Assembly: GCA_963841935.1 (NCBI GenBank)
Contig: CAWJEP010000005.1
Span: forward strand, 69,845 to 133,844
DNA from: an uncultured bacterium
Lineage (GTDB): Bacteria; Patescibacteriota; Minisyncoccia; Phycocordibacterales; UBA6065
Direction of reading: 5' to 3'
Length of the DNA stretch: 64,000 nucleotides
In this document: piece after piece, positions 8,602 through 18,113 of the stretch
Layout of the letters: each line of letters begins with the position of its first letter
How positions within the stretch are numbered: the first letter of the stretch is position 1
The notes under the pieces: model-generated
Seen by the model: the letters and a program-made list of their open reading frames with translations, nothing else
Databases searched by the model: none
Told to the model about the DNA's origin: nothing
Made by a program: the position numbers and the translations under genes

Positions 8602-11295
8602 ATGCCTCCATTTGGACACTTCACGACAAAAGCAAAAGAAGCCATCCGCCGCGCGCACGAAGTAGCCGTCGAGCGCGGCCAATCCCACGTCTCGCCTTTG
8701 CATTTACTCTCGGCGCTTTTGCTTCAGGAAGAAAGCATCGTAATGTCCATTCTCGACCGGCTCGAAGTGGACACGATGCTTCTCACGGATTCCATTTTGG
8801 AATCTCTCGAAGGCACGCCGTCGGCTTCGACGATTTCTCCGTCGTATCAGCTCTACCTGACGCCCGACCTCGCGCAGACGCTCGAACATTCGGCAAAAGT
8901 CGCCTCGTCCCTCAAAGACGAATTTATTTCGACGGAACACTTGCTCATATCGCTTCTTGAGATTCCGAGCGCGGCGCGCGACATTCTCGCGCGTTTCAAA
9001 ATAGACCGTGGCGCCGTCGTGCGCGTTCTTTCGGAAATCCGCTCGCAGAAAAATACCGGTCAAACGGAGACCAAGAAATATAAATATCTTTCAAAATACA
9101 CCAAGAGTTTGACTAAAATGGCGCACGACAACAAACTCGACCCCGTCATCGGCCGTGACCTTGAAATCAGCCGCATCATCCAGATTCTTTCGCGCCGGAC
9201 GAAAAACAATCCGATTCTCATCGGCGAAGCGGGCGTCGGCAAGACCGCGATAGTGGAGGGCTTGGCTTTGCGCATGGCCTCAGGCGACGTTCCGGAATCT
9301 CTCAAAGACAAAGAGCTCATAATGCTTGACCTCGGACTTCTCATCGCCGGCACGAAATACCGCGGAGAATTTGAAGAGCGTCTCAAAAACATAATGAAAG
9401 AAATCGAGCGCGCCGAAGGCCAAATTATTCTTTTCATAGATGAAATCCACACCATCGTCGGCGCGGGCGCCGCCGAGGGCTCGCTCGACGCATCGAATAT
9501 GCTCAAGCCGGCGCTCGCTCGCGGCGAGCTTCGCGCCATCGGAGCGACGACAATAAAGGAGTATCAAAAACACATAGAAAAAGACCCGGCGCTCACTCGC
9601 CGCTTTCAGCCGGTTTTCGTCGCCGAGCCGTCCATTGAAGACGCTATTGCCATTCTCCGCGGTCTCAAGGAAAAATATGAGCTTTATCACGGCGTCCGCA
9701 TCACGGACGACGCAATCCTCGCCGCCGTAAATCTTTCCAGCCGCTACATCACCGACAGATTTTTGCCCGACAAGACTGTTGACCTCATTGACGAAGCGGC
9801 GAGCGCGCTAAAAATCTCCCTCGAATCAAAGCCGCCGATACTCGAAGAGACTCACAGGAAAATAATGCGTCTTGAGATAGAGCGCGAGGCATTGAAAAAA
9901 GAAGCCGAGACGGATGCGGGCAAGACCGCTAAGGCGCGCATCAAAGAAATCGAAAAAGAAATCGCCGAACACAAGGAAAAGACGAGCGAGCTAGAACTCA
10001 AATGGAAAAACGAAAAAGAACTTTTAGTGGATATCAAAGGCATAAAGAAAGAGCTTGAAAGTTTGCGCAGGGAAGCCGAGCAAGCCGAAATCCGCGCCGA
10101 TTTGTCCAAAGCCGCCGAGATTCGCTACGGCAAGATTCCCGCGCTCGAAAAAGATTTGGAAACCAAAGCCAAAAGAATGAAACGCCTTCAAACTTCGCGT
10201 CGCATTTTGAAAGAAGAAATCACGGAAGAAGACATCGCGACCGTGGTGTCTCGTTGGACGGGCGTGCCGGTATCGAGAATGCTCGAAGAGGAAGCGGCCA
10301 AGCTCGTCAGAATGGAAGCGGAATTAAACAAACGCGTCATCGGTCAGGACGACGCGGTAAAGAAAATCGCCGACACCGTCCGCAGGGCTCGCGCCGGCAT
10401 CGCCGACCCCAATCGTCCTATCGGCTCTTTTCTTTTTCTCGGTCCGACCGGTGTCGGCAAGACGGAACTGACCAAGGCGCTGGCCGAGTTTATGTTCGAC
10501 GACGACAAAGCGCTCATTCGCGTCGATATGTCGGAATTTATGGAACGCCACAGCGTGAGCAAACTCATCGGCGCGCCACCGGGATATGTCGGTCACGAAG
10601 AAGGCGGCTCACTCACCGAGACCGTGCGTCATCGCCCTTACGCCGTGATTCTTTTCGACGAAATAGAGAAAGCCCATCCGGAAGTTTTCAACATCTTGCT
10701 TCAAGTTCTAGACAATGGCCGTCTTACCGACGCCAAAGGCCGCGTTGTTAATTTCAAAAACACCATTATCGTTTTGACTTCAAACATCGGCGCGCAATAC
10801 ATAGACAAGATGCAGTCCATCGGATTTGCCGCGCAGTCCGGTGAGAAAGCCAAATACGAAGACGTCAAGGCCAAAGTCACGGAGTCTTTGCGCGATTATT
10901 TCCGACCGGAATTTCTAAACCGTCTCGACCACATCATCATCTTTGACGTGCTCTCGCCTGAAGCCGTGAAAAATATCGTCGCGATGCAAGTCGGACTCGT
11001 CATCAAACGTCTCGCGGAGAAAGGCATCGCTCTAGACCTTACCCCGGAAGTTTACGATTACATCACCAAAGAAGGTTACAATCCGCAATACGGCGCTCGA
11101 CCGCTCAAACGCCTCATTCAAGACAAGATTCTCACGCCGGTCGCCACATTTATGCTTACCCAAGGTCTCAACCGCGGCGGCACCATTTCCGTCTCGATGA
11201 AAGGCAATGAATTTGTTTTCGACAACAAAAAGGGAAAGAAATCTCCGATAAAAACTCACGCCGTCAAAAAGGAAGAAGAGAAAGTAGAAAAGTAG
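8602..11295 (+). CDS. clpB: ATP-dependent chaperone ClpB (two AAA+ modules with middle coiled coil)
   Basis: Clp N-domain. Walker A motifs [15 protein letters not shown] and [16 protein letters not shown] long coiled-coil middle domain ([23 protein letters not shown]...). 897 aa. Confidence 0.9.
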   Translation: MPPFGHFTTKAKEAIRRAHEVAVERGQSHVSPLHLLSALLLQEESIVMSILDRLEVDTMLLTDSILESLEGTPSASTISPSYQLYLTPDLAQTLEHSAKVASSLKDEFISTEHLLISLLEIPSAARDILARFKIDRGAVVRVLSEIRSQKNTGQTETKKYKYLSKYTKSLTKMAHDNKLDPVIGRDLEISRIIQILSRRTKNNPILIGEAGVGKTAIVEGLALRMASGDVPESLKDKELIMLDLGLLIAGTKYRGEFEERLKNIMKEIERAEGQIILFIDEIHTIVGAGAAEGSLDASNMLKPALARGELRAIGATTIKEYQKHIEKDPALTRRFQPVFVAEPSIEDAIAILRGLKEKYELYHGVRITDDAILAAVNLSSRYITDRFLPDKTVDLIDEAASALKISLESKPPILEETHRKIMRLEIEREALKKEAETDAGKTAKARIKEIEKEIAEHKEKTSELELKWKNEKELLVDIKGIKKELESLRREAEQAEIRADLSKAAEIRYGKIPALEKDLETKAKRMKRLQTSRRILKEEITEEDIATVVSRWTGVPVSRMLEEEAAKLVRMEAELNKRVIGQDDAVKKIADTVRRARAGIADPNRPIGSFLFLGPTGVGKTELTKALAEFMFDDDKALIRVDMSEFMERHSVSKLIGAPPGYVGHEEGGSLTETVRHRPYAVILFDEIEKAHPEVFNILLQVLDNGRLTDAKGRVVNFKNTIIVLTSNIGAQYIDKMQSIGFAAQSGEKAKYEDVKAKVTESLRDYFRPEFLNRLDHIIIFDVLSPEAVKNIVAMQVGLVIKRLAEKGIALDLTPEVYDYITKEGYNPQYGARPLKRLIQDKILTPVATFMLTQGLNRGGTISVSMKGNEFVFDNKKGKKSPIKTHAVKKEEEKVEK

Positions 11296-11321
11296 CTCGT
11301 AATCTGCTAGATTAAAGTTCT

Positions 11322-11405
11322 GCGCAAGTGGCAGAGTGGTCAATTGCAGGTGACTGTAAATCACCCGACTATACGTCTACGGGGGTTCGAATCCCTCCTT
11401 GCGCA
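11322..11405 (+). tRNA. tRNA-Tyr (anticodon GTA)
   Basis: GCGCAAGTGGCAGAGTGGTCAATTGCAGGTGACTGTAAATCACCCGACTATACGTCTACGGGGGTTCGAATCCCTCCTTGCGCA. Anticodon stem GGTGA/TCACC, loop CTGTAAA, long variable arm as in bacterial tRNA-Tyr. Confidence 0.8.
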
Positions 11406-11409
11406 CAAA

Positions 11410-12603
11410 ATGTCCAAGACGAAAAATCTCCGCACGTGGGTGGAAATAGACAGGGGAGCCGTGGCGAGAAATATCGCGCGGCTGAAAAGTTTTCTCGCGC
11501 CGAAAACCAAATTTATGGCGGTGGTGAAAAGCAACGCTTACGGCCACGGCATGATTCAATACGCGAGAGAGGCGAAAAAATCCAAGGTGGATTTTTTCGC
11601 CGTGGACTCATTTGAAGAAGCCATAGAACTTCGCGACGCGAGAATCAAAGAACCAATTTTAATCTTAGGATTCGTCTTTCCGGCTAATTTTGCGCAGTGC
11701 GCCGCGAAAAATATTTCCGTCACGATTTCAAGTTTGGAGTCACTGAAAGCGGCCGCGCGGCAGGGCGCCGTTTTTGAGCGCGTAAGTCGGAGCGAAGCGC
11801 ACAAGCGAAAAAATGGCGCCCTGCCGCGCGAGAGCTCAGCTCTCAAAATCCACATCAAAGTAGACACGGGACTTCATCGCCAAGGTTTCCAAGCGGGCGA
11901 TGTCGAAAAAGTTTTCCGTGAAATAAAAAAAGCAGGAAATAAAATAGCAATCGAAGGTCTTTACACTCATTTCGCGGCGATGGAAACGCCGAAATACGAA
12001 AGTTATTCGCGAATGCAGATTCGCGAGCTCCAAAAATGGAAGAATGTTTTCTCAATGGTCGGCATTCACCCAATCATTCACTCATCGGCGACCTCGGGAA
12101 TATTTTTCAGTCGTGAATTTCATTTCGATATGGTACGCGCCGGCATTTCGCTTTACGGACTCTGGCCGTCGAATGAAATTAAAGAAGTGGCGCCGCAAAC
12201 GAAGCTTTTCCCGCTTCTCACTTGGAAAGCCATAATTTCCGAAGTGAAAAAAATCAAATCCGGCGAACGCGTCGGCTACGATCTCACGGAAAAATTGAAA
12301 AGAGATTCCATCCTTGCTGTCGTGCCCATAGGATATTGGCACGGCATCCGTCGCTCGCTTTCGGGCAAAGGCGAGTTTCTCGTCCGCGGCAAGCGAGCGA
12401 AAATCATCGGCCGAGTATCGATGGATATGCTTGTCATTGATGTCACGGACATCGCTGGCGTAAAGCAGAGCGATGAAGTAGTCATTATCGGCGCGCAAGG
12501 CAAAGAGCGGGTAAGCGCGGAAGAAATAGCGGACAAGACCGGCACGATAAATTACGAAGTCGTGACGCAAATCAACGCGGCAATCCCGAGAATTTACAAA
12601 TAG
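11410..12603 (+). CDS. alr: Alanine racemase
   Basis: PLP-lysine motif AVVKSNAYGHG. The N-terminal TIM barrel plus C-terminal beta domain is conserved. Start moved to ATG 11410 because the longer ORF overlaps tRNA-Tyr. Confidence 0.85.
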   Translation: MSKTKNLRTWVEIDRGAVARNIARLKSFLAPKTKFMAVVKSNAYGHGMIQYAREAKKSKVDFFAVDSFEEAIELRDARIKEPILILGFVFPANFAQCAAKNISVTISSLESLKAAARQGAVFERVSRSEAHKRKNGALPRESSALKIHIKVDTGLHRQGFQAGDVEKVFREIKKAGNKIAIEGLYTHFAAMETPKYESYSRMQIRELQKWKNVFSMVGIHPIIHSSATSGIFFSREFHFDMVRAGISLYGLWPSNEIKEVAPQTKLFPLLTWKAIISEVKKIKSGERVGYDLTEKLKRDSILAVVPIGYWHGIRRSLSGKGEFLVRGKRAKIIGRVSMDMLVIDVTDIAGVKQSDEVVIIGAQGKERVSAEEIADKTGTINYEVVTQINAAIPRIYK

Positions 12604-12669
12604 TTTGTCCCGTGCTAACCTGAAAACTCAACCCGCCTCCGCTAAAGCTATTGCGAGGCAAGCAAAAAT

Positions 12670-12825
12670 ATGTCACAAGACCAACTTATCATTTTGAAAA
12701 ACAAGCAGACCGGCGAGGTCTACATTACGCGCAAAAACAAGCGCAAAGTGGAGCGCAAAATCGAACTCAAGAAATATTCTAAAAAACTTCGCAAACGTGT
12801 CGTTTTTAAAGAATCAAAGAAATAA
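12670..12825 (+). CDS. rpmG: Ribosomal protein L33
   Basis: 51-aa ORF missing from the track (under 60 aa). MSQDQLIILKNKQTGEVYITRKNKRKVERKIELKKYSKKLRKRVVFKESKK matches the L33 pattern (...T.KNKRN.P.RLELKKY.P..RKH..FKE.K). Confidence 0.7.
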   Translation: MSQDQLIILKNKQTGEVYITRKNKRKVERKIELKKYSKKLRKRVVFKESKK

Positions 12826-13729
12826 TTTCGTCTATCTCCGTATCGCATTCGGCATCGTCTGGGCGATCGATTCCGTCATGGCGTGGTCGCCGGCGTTTCT
12901 CAACAATTTTGAAAGTTATCTCACGAACAATATTTCCGGTCAGCCGCCGATTTTGGCGGCTTGGATGAATCTTTGGGTTTGGATCACGAGCGCAAGTCCC
13001 CACGCTTTCGCCGTCGCCGTAGCTCTGATAAGCATGGCGCTAGCGGCGTGTCTCATATTTGGATTTTTCCCGAAGACGACCATGTGGACGGGAATGATTT
13101 TCTCCGCGCTCATATGGACGACGACGGGCTTTGGCGGCCCGTATATGTCGGGAGCGACCGACATCGGCGCGTCGATAATATATGTTTTCGTTTTCGCCGC
13201 TTTGCTTTTCAGTTTGAGAAATAATTCCGCGCCAAGCGAAAAAGTCTCGGCGATTCCCGAAAACAAAAAAGATATTTACATAAAAATACTGATTCTTGCC
13301 GTCATTATTCTTTTTGCCGCTCTCGTCGCGCCGTATCTCGTCGGTAATTCGGAAAATCAAACGGGAAGCTCGATGTCTTCCGATATGATGCAGAAAACGT
13401 TCGACATTCCCGCCGGCACGTCGGTACCGACCGTTTCGTTTACTTTGACCAAAGATTCTCTCGACGGCTACGACCTCCATGTGACGACGACGAATTTCAC
13501 TTTGACTCCGCAGCTTATCAATCAAGCGCCCGTCGCCGACCAAGGCCACATTCACCTATATATTGACGGCACTCTATATGTCGTATTCAGCGATTGGTAC
13601 CACATTCCGTCGACCGAAGTTTTGCCGGGCAGGCACACTATCACGGTTTCGCTCAATGCAAACGACCACTCTGTATTTTGGGCGAACGGACAAAACATAC
13701 AGGATACGCAAACGATAAACACTTATTAA
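12797..13729 (+). CDS. Polytopic membrane protein with C-terminal extracytoplasmic beta-rich domain
   Basis: Several TM helices, then a Thr-rich soluble domain (TVSFTLTKDSLDGYDLHVTTTNFTLTP...HIHLYIDGTLYVVF). The annotated start overlaps the end of rpmG. The true start is uncertain and may lie downstream. Confidence 0.4.
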   Translation: MSFLKNQRNNFVYLRIAFGIVWAIDSVMAWSPAFLNNFESYLTNNISGQPPILAAWMNLWVWITSASPHAFAVAVALISMALAACLIFGFFPKTTMWTGMIFSALIWTTTGFGGPYMSGATDIGASIIYVFVFAALLFSLRNNSAPSEKVSAIPENKKDIYIKILILAVIILFAALVAPYLVGNSENQTGSSMSSDMMQKTFDIPAGTSVPTVSFTLTKDSLDGYDLHVTTTNFTLTPQLINQAPVADQGHIHLYIDGTLYVVFSDWYHIPSTEVLPGRHTITVSLNANDHSVFWANGQNIQDTQTINTY

Positions 13730-13737
13730 ATAAAAAA

Positions 13738-13755
13738 CCGTCCTTTAGGGGACGG
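13738..13755. terminator. Bidirectional terminator hairpin between convergent genes
   Basis: CCGTCC-TTTAGG-GGACGG, with an A-run on the 5' side and a T-rich tract on the 3' side. It lies between + stop 13729 and - stop 13745. Confidence 0.4.
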
Positions 13756-14047
13756 TTTCGGTTTGGCGCCGCTTTTTCAATACGAAACTTCTGTAAAAGT
13801 CGGCGGCGAGAAAACCTCCGCCGACGATTATCGCCGCCGCGCCGATGGCCGCGGCGAGGAGTATCGGGCTCTTGTCGCGAAGCCAGAGTGTCGTGACGAG
13901 CGCCGCTAAGAAAAACAAGGAAATGGCGAAGTCAAGAGGCATGGCGAATCCCGAACCCCTCTTCACTTTTTTCCTCAAGAATCCGGCTAGGACCAGAAGC
14001 AGGATGCTTCCGATCGCGGACAGAGTGAGAATGTAGTCTATTTTCAT
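13745..14047 (-). CDS. Small membrane protein (hypothetical)
   Basis: Three predicted TM helices (MKIDYILTLSAIGSILLLVLAGFL..., LDFAISLFFLAALVTTLWL, ILLAAAIGAAAIIVGGGFLAADF). ATG at 14047. Confidence 0.35.
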   Translation of the reverse strand: MKIDYILTLSAIGSILLLVLAGFLRKKVKRGSGFAMPLDFAISLFFLAALVTTLWLRDKSPILLAAAIGAAAIIVGGGFLAADFYRSFVLKKRRQTETVP

Positions 14048-14148
14048 TTTCTTTCGGTTTTTGGCGAACAGGTTTGGAGAACGACAAAGGGCTAGCGGTA
14101 TCTTGATATCAAATTGGAAGGCGAGTGTCAATTTAAAACCGGAAAATA

Positions 14149-14544
14149 TTATTCAGAAGTTTTGCCGTCAAAATGGTCGCTTTCGTCTGCTTCCGCGTCG
14201 GCCTTCGTCTTGTGAATGACTCCGTCTTTGTGATGCGGGGGCATATAGAGAGTGTAAAGTTTCATCGAGCCCTTTTCGTCGTTTACGATATTGTGTTTTG
14301 TTCCAGCCGGCACGATGATGACGCTTCCGTCGGCGATGTTTTGAGAGACACCGTTTAATATCGCCGCGCCGGAACCTTTTTCCACGCGCAGGAATTGGTC
14401 CACATCGTGTATCTCTTCGCCGATTTCTTCTTTCGGCAAAAGAGACATGAGGACGAGCTGGCTGTTTTTGTCGGTGTACAGGACTTTTCTGAAATTGTCG
14501 TTCGCGAGCGAAAGCTTTTCAATGTTTGAAATGTATCCTTTCAT
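14149..14544 (-). CDS. Cupin-domain protein
   Basis: EIHDVDQFLRVEKGSGAAILNGVSQNIADGSVIIVPAGTKHNIVN has the two-motif cupin signature G(X)5HxH...G(X)5PxG(X)2H(X)3N, with the first His substituted. Start at ATG 14544 (MKGYISN). Confidence 0.55.
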   Translation of the reverse strand: MKGYISNIEKLSLANDNFRKVLYTDKNSQLVLMSLLPKEEIGEEIHDVDQFLRVEKGSGAAILNGVSQNIADGSVIIVPAGTKHNIVNDEKGSMKLYTLYMPPHHKDGVIHKTKADAEADESDHFDGKTSE

Positions 14545-14574
14545 ACTCGCTATTGTAGCACTTTCACGGATCAT

Positions 14575-14648
14575 TGGCGGGTGATGAGGGAATCGAACCC
14601 CCAATGTTCGTTTTGGAGACGAACGTTATACCATTTAACTAATCACCC
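14575..14648 (-). tRNA. tRNA-Trp (anticodon CCA)
   Basis: Reverse complement GGGTGATTAGTTAAATGGTATAACGTTCGTCTCCAAAACGAACATTGGGGGTTCGATTCCCTCATCACCCGCCA. Anticodon stem TTCGT/ACGAA, loop CTCCAAA. The 3' CCA is encoded. Confidence 0.8.
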
Positions 14649-15114
14649 AAGCGGATTTAGATTAGCATTTTTCGAAATATTTTTCTATTTGTCATGACGA
14701 GCTAGAATCATTAGTGATATAATCCTTACTAATATGGGAATGACAATGATACAGCCGCCTCCTGATAAGAAGGAGCGGAAATATAAAGAAGACTCAATAA
14801 GATTAGAAGGTAAATCTTTAGCATACTTTAGTGATATTATTCTTGGATTTATTAATGTTCCATTTTTATACTTATTGTTTTTACGACCGTAACAGTATTC
14901 AAATATCCAAAGACAGTGATGTTGGAGTTGTTACTTTATACATAGCGTTACTCGTTGGTTTATTTTTTCTTATAAGAGAAGAAGTTTATTTTGGTTCTCA
15001 ACACAAAAATAACTAATTATTTCTGTATTCTCATCGGTTTTACATTTTTTAAATGGTCAGTTTGGATGTTTTTGAGATTTAATACTATTTCCGCGCGGAT
15101 GTATAATCACATCC

Positions 15115-16260
15115 ATGGAACCTCTCGCAAACAAAATCAGACCGAAGACGCTCAAGGAATTCGTCGGACAGGAGCATTTGGTAGGACCGAAAGGGCCGCT
15201 AAAGATGGCGATGAAAGACAAGCACCTTTTCTCTTTCATCCTCTGGGGACCGCCGGGAGTGGGCAAGACGACACTCGCGCGAATATACGCGAACGCACTC
15301 AACGCCAAGCTCTACGAACTTTCCGCCGTTTCGGCCGGCAAAGACGATATAAAGAAAATAGTGGACGACCCGACGCTTCTCGACCCGCGACCGAAATTGC
15401 TTTTCCTCGACGAAATCCACCGCTTCAACAAAGCCCAGCAGGATTTCCTTTTGCCTCTCGTCGAGACGGGACGAGTGACGCTTATCGGCGCGACGACGGA
15501 AAATCCGAGCTTTGAAATAATTTCCGCTCTTCTTTCGCGTTGTCGCGTGTTCGTGCTCAACAGTCTGTCGGACAAAGAAATAAGAAAAATAATCGAGCGG
15601 ACGAAAGTGAAGGTGCCCAAAGACGCTCTCGACTGGCTCGTGACTCTAGCCAACGGCGACGCGCGTATCGCCATCACCGCCATCGAAAACACAAAACAAG
15701 TCTACGGCAACATTACGACCGAGACCTTGAAAAGCGCTTTCGAGCACACATTCATCCGTTTCGACAAGAAAGGCGACGAACACTACGACACCATTTCGGC
15801 CTTTATAAAAAGCATGCGAGCCGGAGACGTGGACGCCGCTTTGTATTATCTCGCGCGAATGGTCGCCGGCGGGGAAGACCCGAAATTTATCGCCCGCCGA
15901 ATGGTCATATTCGCGTCCGAAGACATCGGACTTGCTCAGCCGACGGCTCTCGTCGTCGCCAACGCCGTGTTTGCCGCCGTGGATACTATCGGAATGCCCG
16001 AAGCCCAAATCAATCTCGCTCACGGAGCGAGCTATCTCGCTCTCGCGGCAAAAGACAGGAGTTCTTACGACGCCTATTTTGAAGCCTTCGATGACGTAAA
16101 AAAGCTCGGCAATTTACCTATTCCATTAAAAATCCGAAACGCTCCGACGAAACTTATGAAAGAGCTCGGCTATCACAAGGGTTACGAAAAATACGACAAG
16201 GAAAGCTATCTGCCCGACAAAATAAAAGGCAAGAAATATTTGAAGAGGAAAGAGAAATAA
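15115..16260 (+). CDS. rarA: Replication-associated recombination protein A (RarA/MgsA AAA+ ATPase)
   Basis: Walker A motif WGPPGVGKTTLARI, Walker B motif LFLDEIHRFNKAQQD, sensor motif ATTENP, and a C-terminal MgsA domain. Confidence 0.85.
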   Translation: MEPLANKIRPKTLKEFVGQEHLVGPKGPLKMAMKDKHLFSFILWGPPGVGKTTLARIYANALNAKLYELSAVSAGKDDIKKIVDDPTLLDPRPKLLFLDEIHRFNKAQQDFLLPLVETGRVTLIGATTENPSFEIISALLSRCRVFVLNSLSDKEIRKIIERTKVKVPKDALDWLVTLANGDARIAITAIENTKQVYGNITTETLKSAFEHTFIRFDKKGDEHYDTISAFIKSMRAGDVDAALYYLARMVAGGEDPKFIARRMVIFASEDIGLAQPTALVVANAVFAAVDTIGMPEAQINLAHGASYLALAAKDRSSYDAYFEAFDDVKKLGNLPIPLKIRNAPTKLMKELGYHKGYEKYDKESYLPDKIKGKKYLKRKEK

Positions 16261-16287
16261 AAAACAGCCGACCTATGTCGGACTGTG

Positions 16288-16512
16288 TCAGGCTTTCGCC
16301 TTTGCTGCGGCCTTGACGTCCCTGGCGGAAATTTTCGCCGCCAGTTTGTCGCTTTCTCTCTCGAGACTCGCCATTTCGTCGTCTATGCGCTTACGCTCGT
16401 TTGACCTGAGGAAATCGTGGTCCCTGCGCCACTTGAGTGCATCCTTCCTGTCGACGACTTTCCTAAGCTTTTCTTCAAGAGATTCGCTCTTGAAAAGATG
16501 CAGAATATTCAT
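16288..16512 (-). CDS. Hypothetical small charged protein
   Basis: 74-aa ORF between rarA and miaA with a Lys/Ala-rich C-terminus (AKISARDVKAAAKAKA). No family recognised. Confidence 0.3.
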   Translation of the reverse strand: MNILHLFKSESLEEKLRKVVDRKDALKWRRDHDFLRSNERKRIDDEMASLERESDKLAAKISARDVKAAAKAKA

Positions 16513-16548
16513 GTTTTGTACTCCTTGTTTTTCACACTATTCCTGTCG

Positions 16549-17454
16549 CTATTTTTTGTCAATGAAAGCGTGGACAAGTTTTTCTATTTTCGATTTCTCG
16601 GTCGGGGCGAACCATTTCGTATTTTTATCACGGCGAAACCATGTCATCTGTCTCTTTGCGTAGCGATAAATTTCTTTTTCAAGCTCGTAAAGCATTTTCT
16701 CTTTCGAGATTTTGTTTTGCAAATACAAAGCGACATATCTGTACTCGAGGCCGAAATCGTAAAGTCGGCGATAACAGACGCCTTTCTTGTGCAGTTCGCG
16801 GACTTCTTTGACCAAAGCGTCAGAGCGCATTCTTTTGAGCAATCGCGCGTGGATTTTCTCCCTTATTTCTTTGCTCGGCAAAGTGAGGCCTATCGTAAGA
16901 ATCTCGTAATGATTTTTTGTTTTTCGTTTCGGCACTTTACCGAGCGCTTTGGCGATTTCTATGGCTCGGATAATTCGGATTTTGTTTTTCGGGTCGATAT
17001 TTTTGCCGCGTTCAGGGTCGAGAAGCCGAAGTTTTGCTAGCAAAACTTCGGCGGGGAGTTTCTTCAGTTTCGCTCGGAGCTTTTCATTTGGAGGAACATC
17101 GGGCAAGTTGTTATGGAGAAAGTTTTCAATATAAAATCCCGTGCCGCCGCAAATTATGGGAAGTTTGTTGCGGGAGAAAATAGCGGAGGCCGCGGATTTC
17201 GCGTCCGCCGCGAAATCCGCGGCCGTGTATCTTTTCTTTTTTGGGTCGGCGATATCGAGAAGGTAATGCCTGACACCCTTCATTTCTCGGCGAGTTATTT
17301 TCCCGGAACCAATATCAAGTCCGCGATAAACTTGCCGCGAATCAGCGGAAATTATCTCGCCGTTAAACTTTCTGGCCAAAGCCACCGCCAAATCGCTTTT
17401 CCCCGTGGCCGTTTGCCCGACCACGGCTACGATTTTCTGAAATTTCTTACTCAT
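16549..17454 (-). CDS. miaA: tRNA dimethylallyltransferase
   Basis: P-loop VVGQTATGKSDLAVALA, then EIISADSRQVYRGLDIGSGKIT and PIICGGTGFY. This is the canonical MiaA N-terminus. Confidence 0.85.
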   Translation of the reverse strand: MSKKFQKIVAVVGQTATGKSDLAVALARKFNGEIISADSRQVYRGLDIGSGKITRREMKGVRHYLLDIADPKKKRYTAADFAADAKSAASAIFSRNKLPIICGGTGFYIENFLHNNLPDVPPNEKLRAKLKKLPAEVLLAKLRLLDPERGKNIDPKNKIRIIRAIEIAKALGKVPKRKTKNHYEILTIGLTLPSKEIREKIHARLLKRMRSDALVKEVRELHKKGVCYRRLYDFGLEYRYVALYLQNKISKEKMLYELEKEIYRYAKRQMTWFRRDKNTKWFAPTEKSKIEKLVHAFIDKK

Positions 17455-17998
17455 ATCTCGGCGAATTTTCTTTGATGCCGGATTTATGATTTGCCAGACG
17501 GGCCAGAGCGTAAAGAAGGGAAGAGAGACGGTTCAGATACGAAGCCGTGTCTTTACCGATTTTTACCATATTTTCGTCACGAACAAAGACCACTCTGCGC
17601 TCTGCTCTTCTAGCGATCGTTCGCGCCGCGTCGAAAAGCGCGGCGAGTTCCGTGCCCCCGGAAATCAAAAATGTTTTTATCGGCGGCAATTCTTTTTCCG
17701 CCGTGTCCACCAGAGCTTCGATTTCTTTTATTTTCTCCGCCGAAATCGTTTTCTTTGCGCCGGCGACTTCGGCTTGGACAATGAAAAGATTTCCCTGAAC
17801 GGTTTCCACTATGTCCGAAAACTTTTTTCCGCGAAGTTTAAATTTCGTTTTGCGCGAACTTACCTTGCACAAGCCGAGAAAAGAATTCGTTTCGTCGAGA
17901 GCGCCGAGAGCTTCCGCCACGGCCGAACTTTTCGAAATTCTTTGGTCGCAGCCGAAAGTTTTCGTTTTGCCGTCGTCTCCTTTTCTTGTGTAAAGCAT
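17447..17998 (-). CDS. PduO-type ATP:cob(I)alamin adenosyltransferase-like protein
   Basis: From ATG 17998: MLYTRKGDDGKTKTFGCDQRISKSSAVAEALGALDETNSFLGLC...FLISGGTELAALFDAARTIARRAERRV...LNRLSSLLYALARL, matching the PduO/MMAB-type adenosyltransferase fold. The gene end overlaps the miaA start by 8 nt. The longer upstream ORF would overlap tRNA-Leu. Confidence 0.55.
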   Translation of the reverse strand: MLYTRKGDDGKTKTFGCDQRISKSSAVAEALGALDETNSFLGLCKVSSRKTKFKLRGKKFSDIVETVQGNLFIVQAEVAGAKKTISAEKIKEIEALVDTAEKELPPIKTFLISGGTELAALFDAARTIARRAERRVVFVRDENMVKIGKDTASYLNRLSSLLYALARLANHKSGIKENSPRYE

Positions 17999-18012
17999 GT
18001 TATTTGGAATTG

Positions 18013-18093
18013 TGCCGGAGGAGGGACTTGAACCCTCACCTCTTTCGAGACACGATTTTGAGTCGTGCGTGTCTGCCATTCCACCACTCCGGC
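18013..18093 (-). tRNA. tRNA-Leu (anticodon CAA)
   Basis: Reverse complement GCCGGAGTGGTGGAATGGCAGACACGCACGACTCAAAATCGTGTCTCGAAAGAGGTGAGGGTTCAAGTCCCTCCTCCGGCA. Anticodon loop CTCAAAA. Long variable arm. Confidence 0.8.
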
Positions 18094-18113
18094 ATTGCTT
18101 CAGTCTAGCCGTC

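Noticed and set aside
8704-10751. Multiple ORFs (119-165 aa, some very Arg-rich) overlapping clpB in other frames or on the opposite strand
   Set aside because: They are embedded in an intact, highly conserved clpB ORF. The Arg-rich translations are typical of off-frame GC-rich codons, not real genes.
11344-11409. Longer alr start (MQVTVNHPTIRLRG...) at 11344
   Set aside because: That extension is translated from within tRNA-Tyr (11322-11405). The ATG at 11410 directly after the tRNA gives a normal Alr N-terminus.
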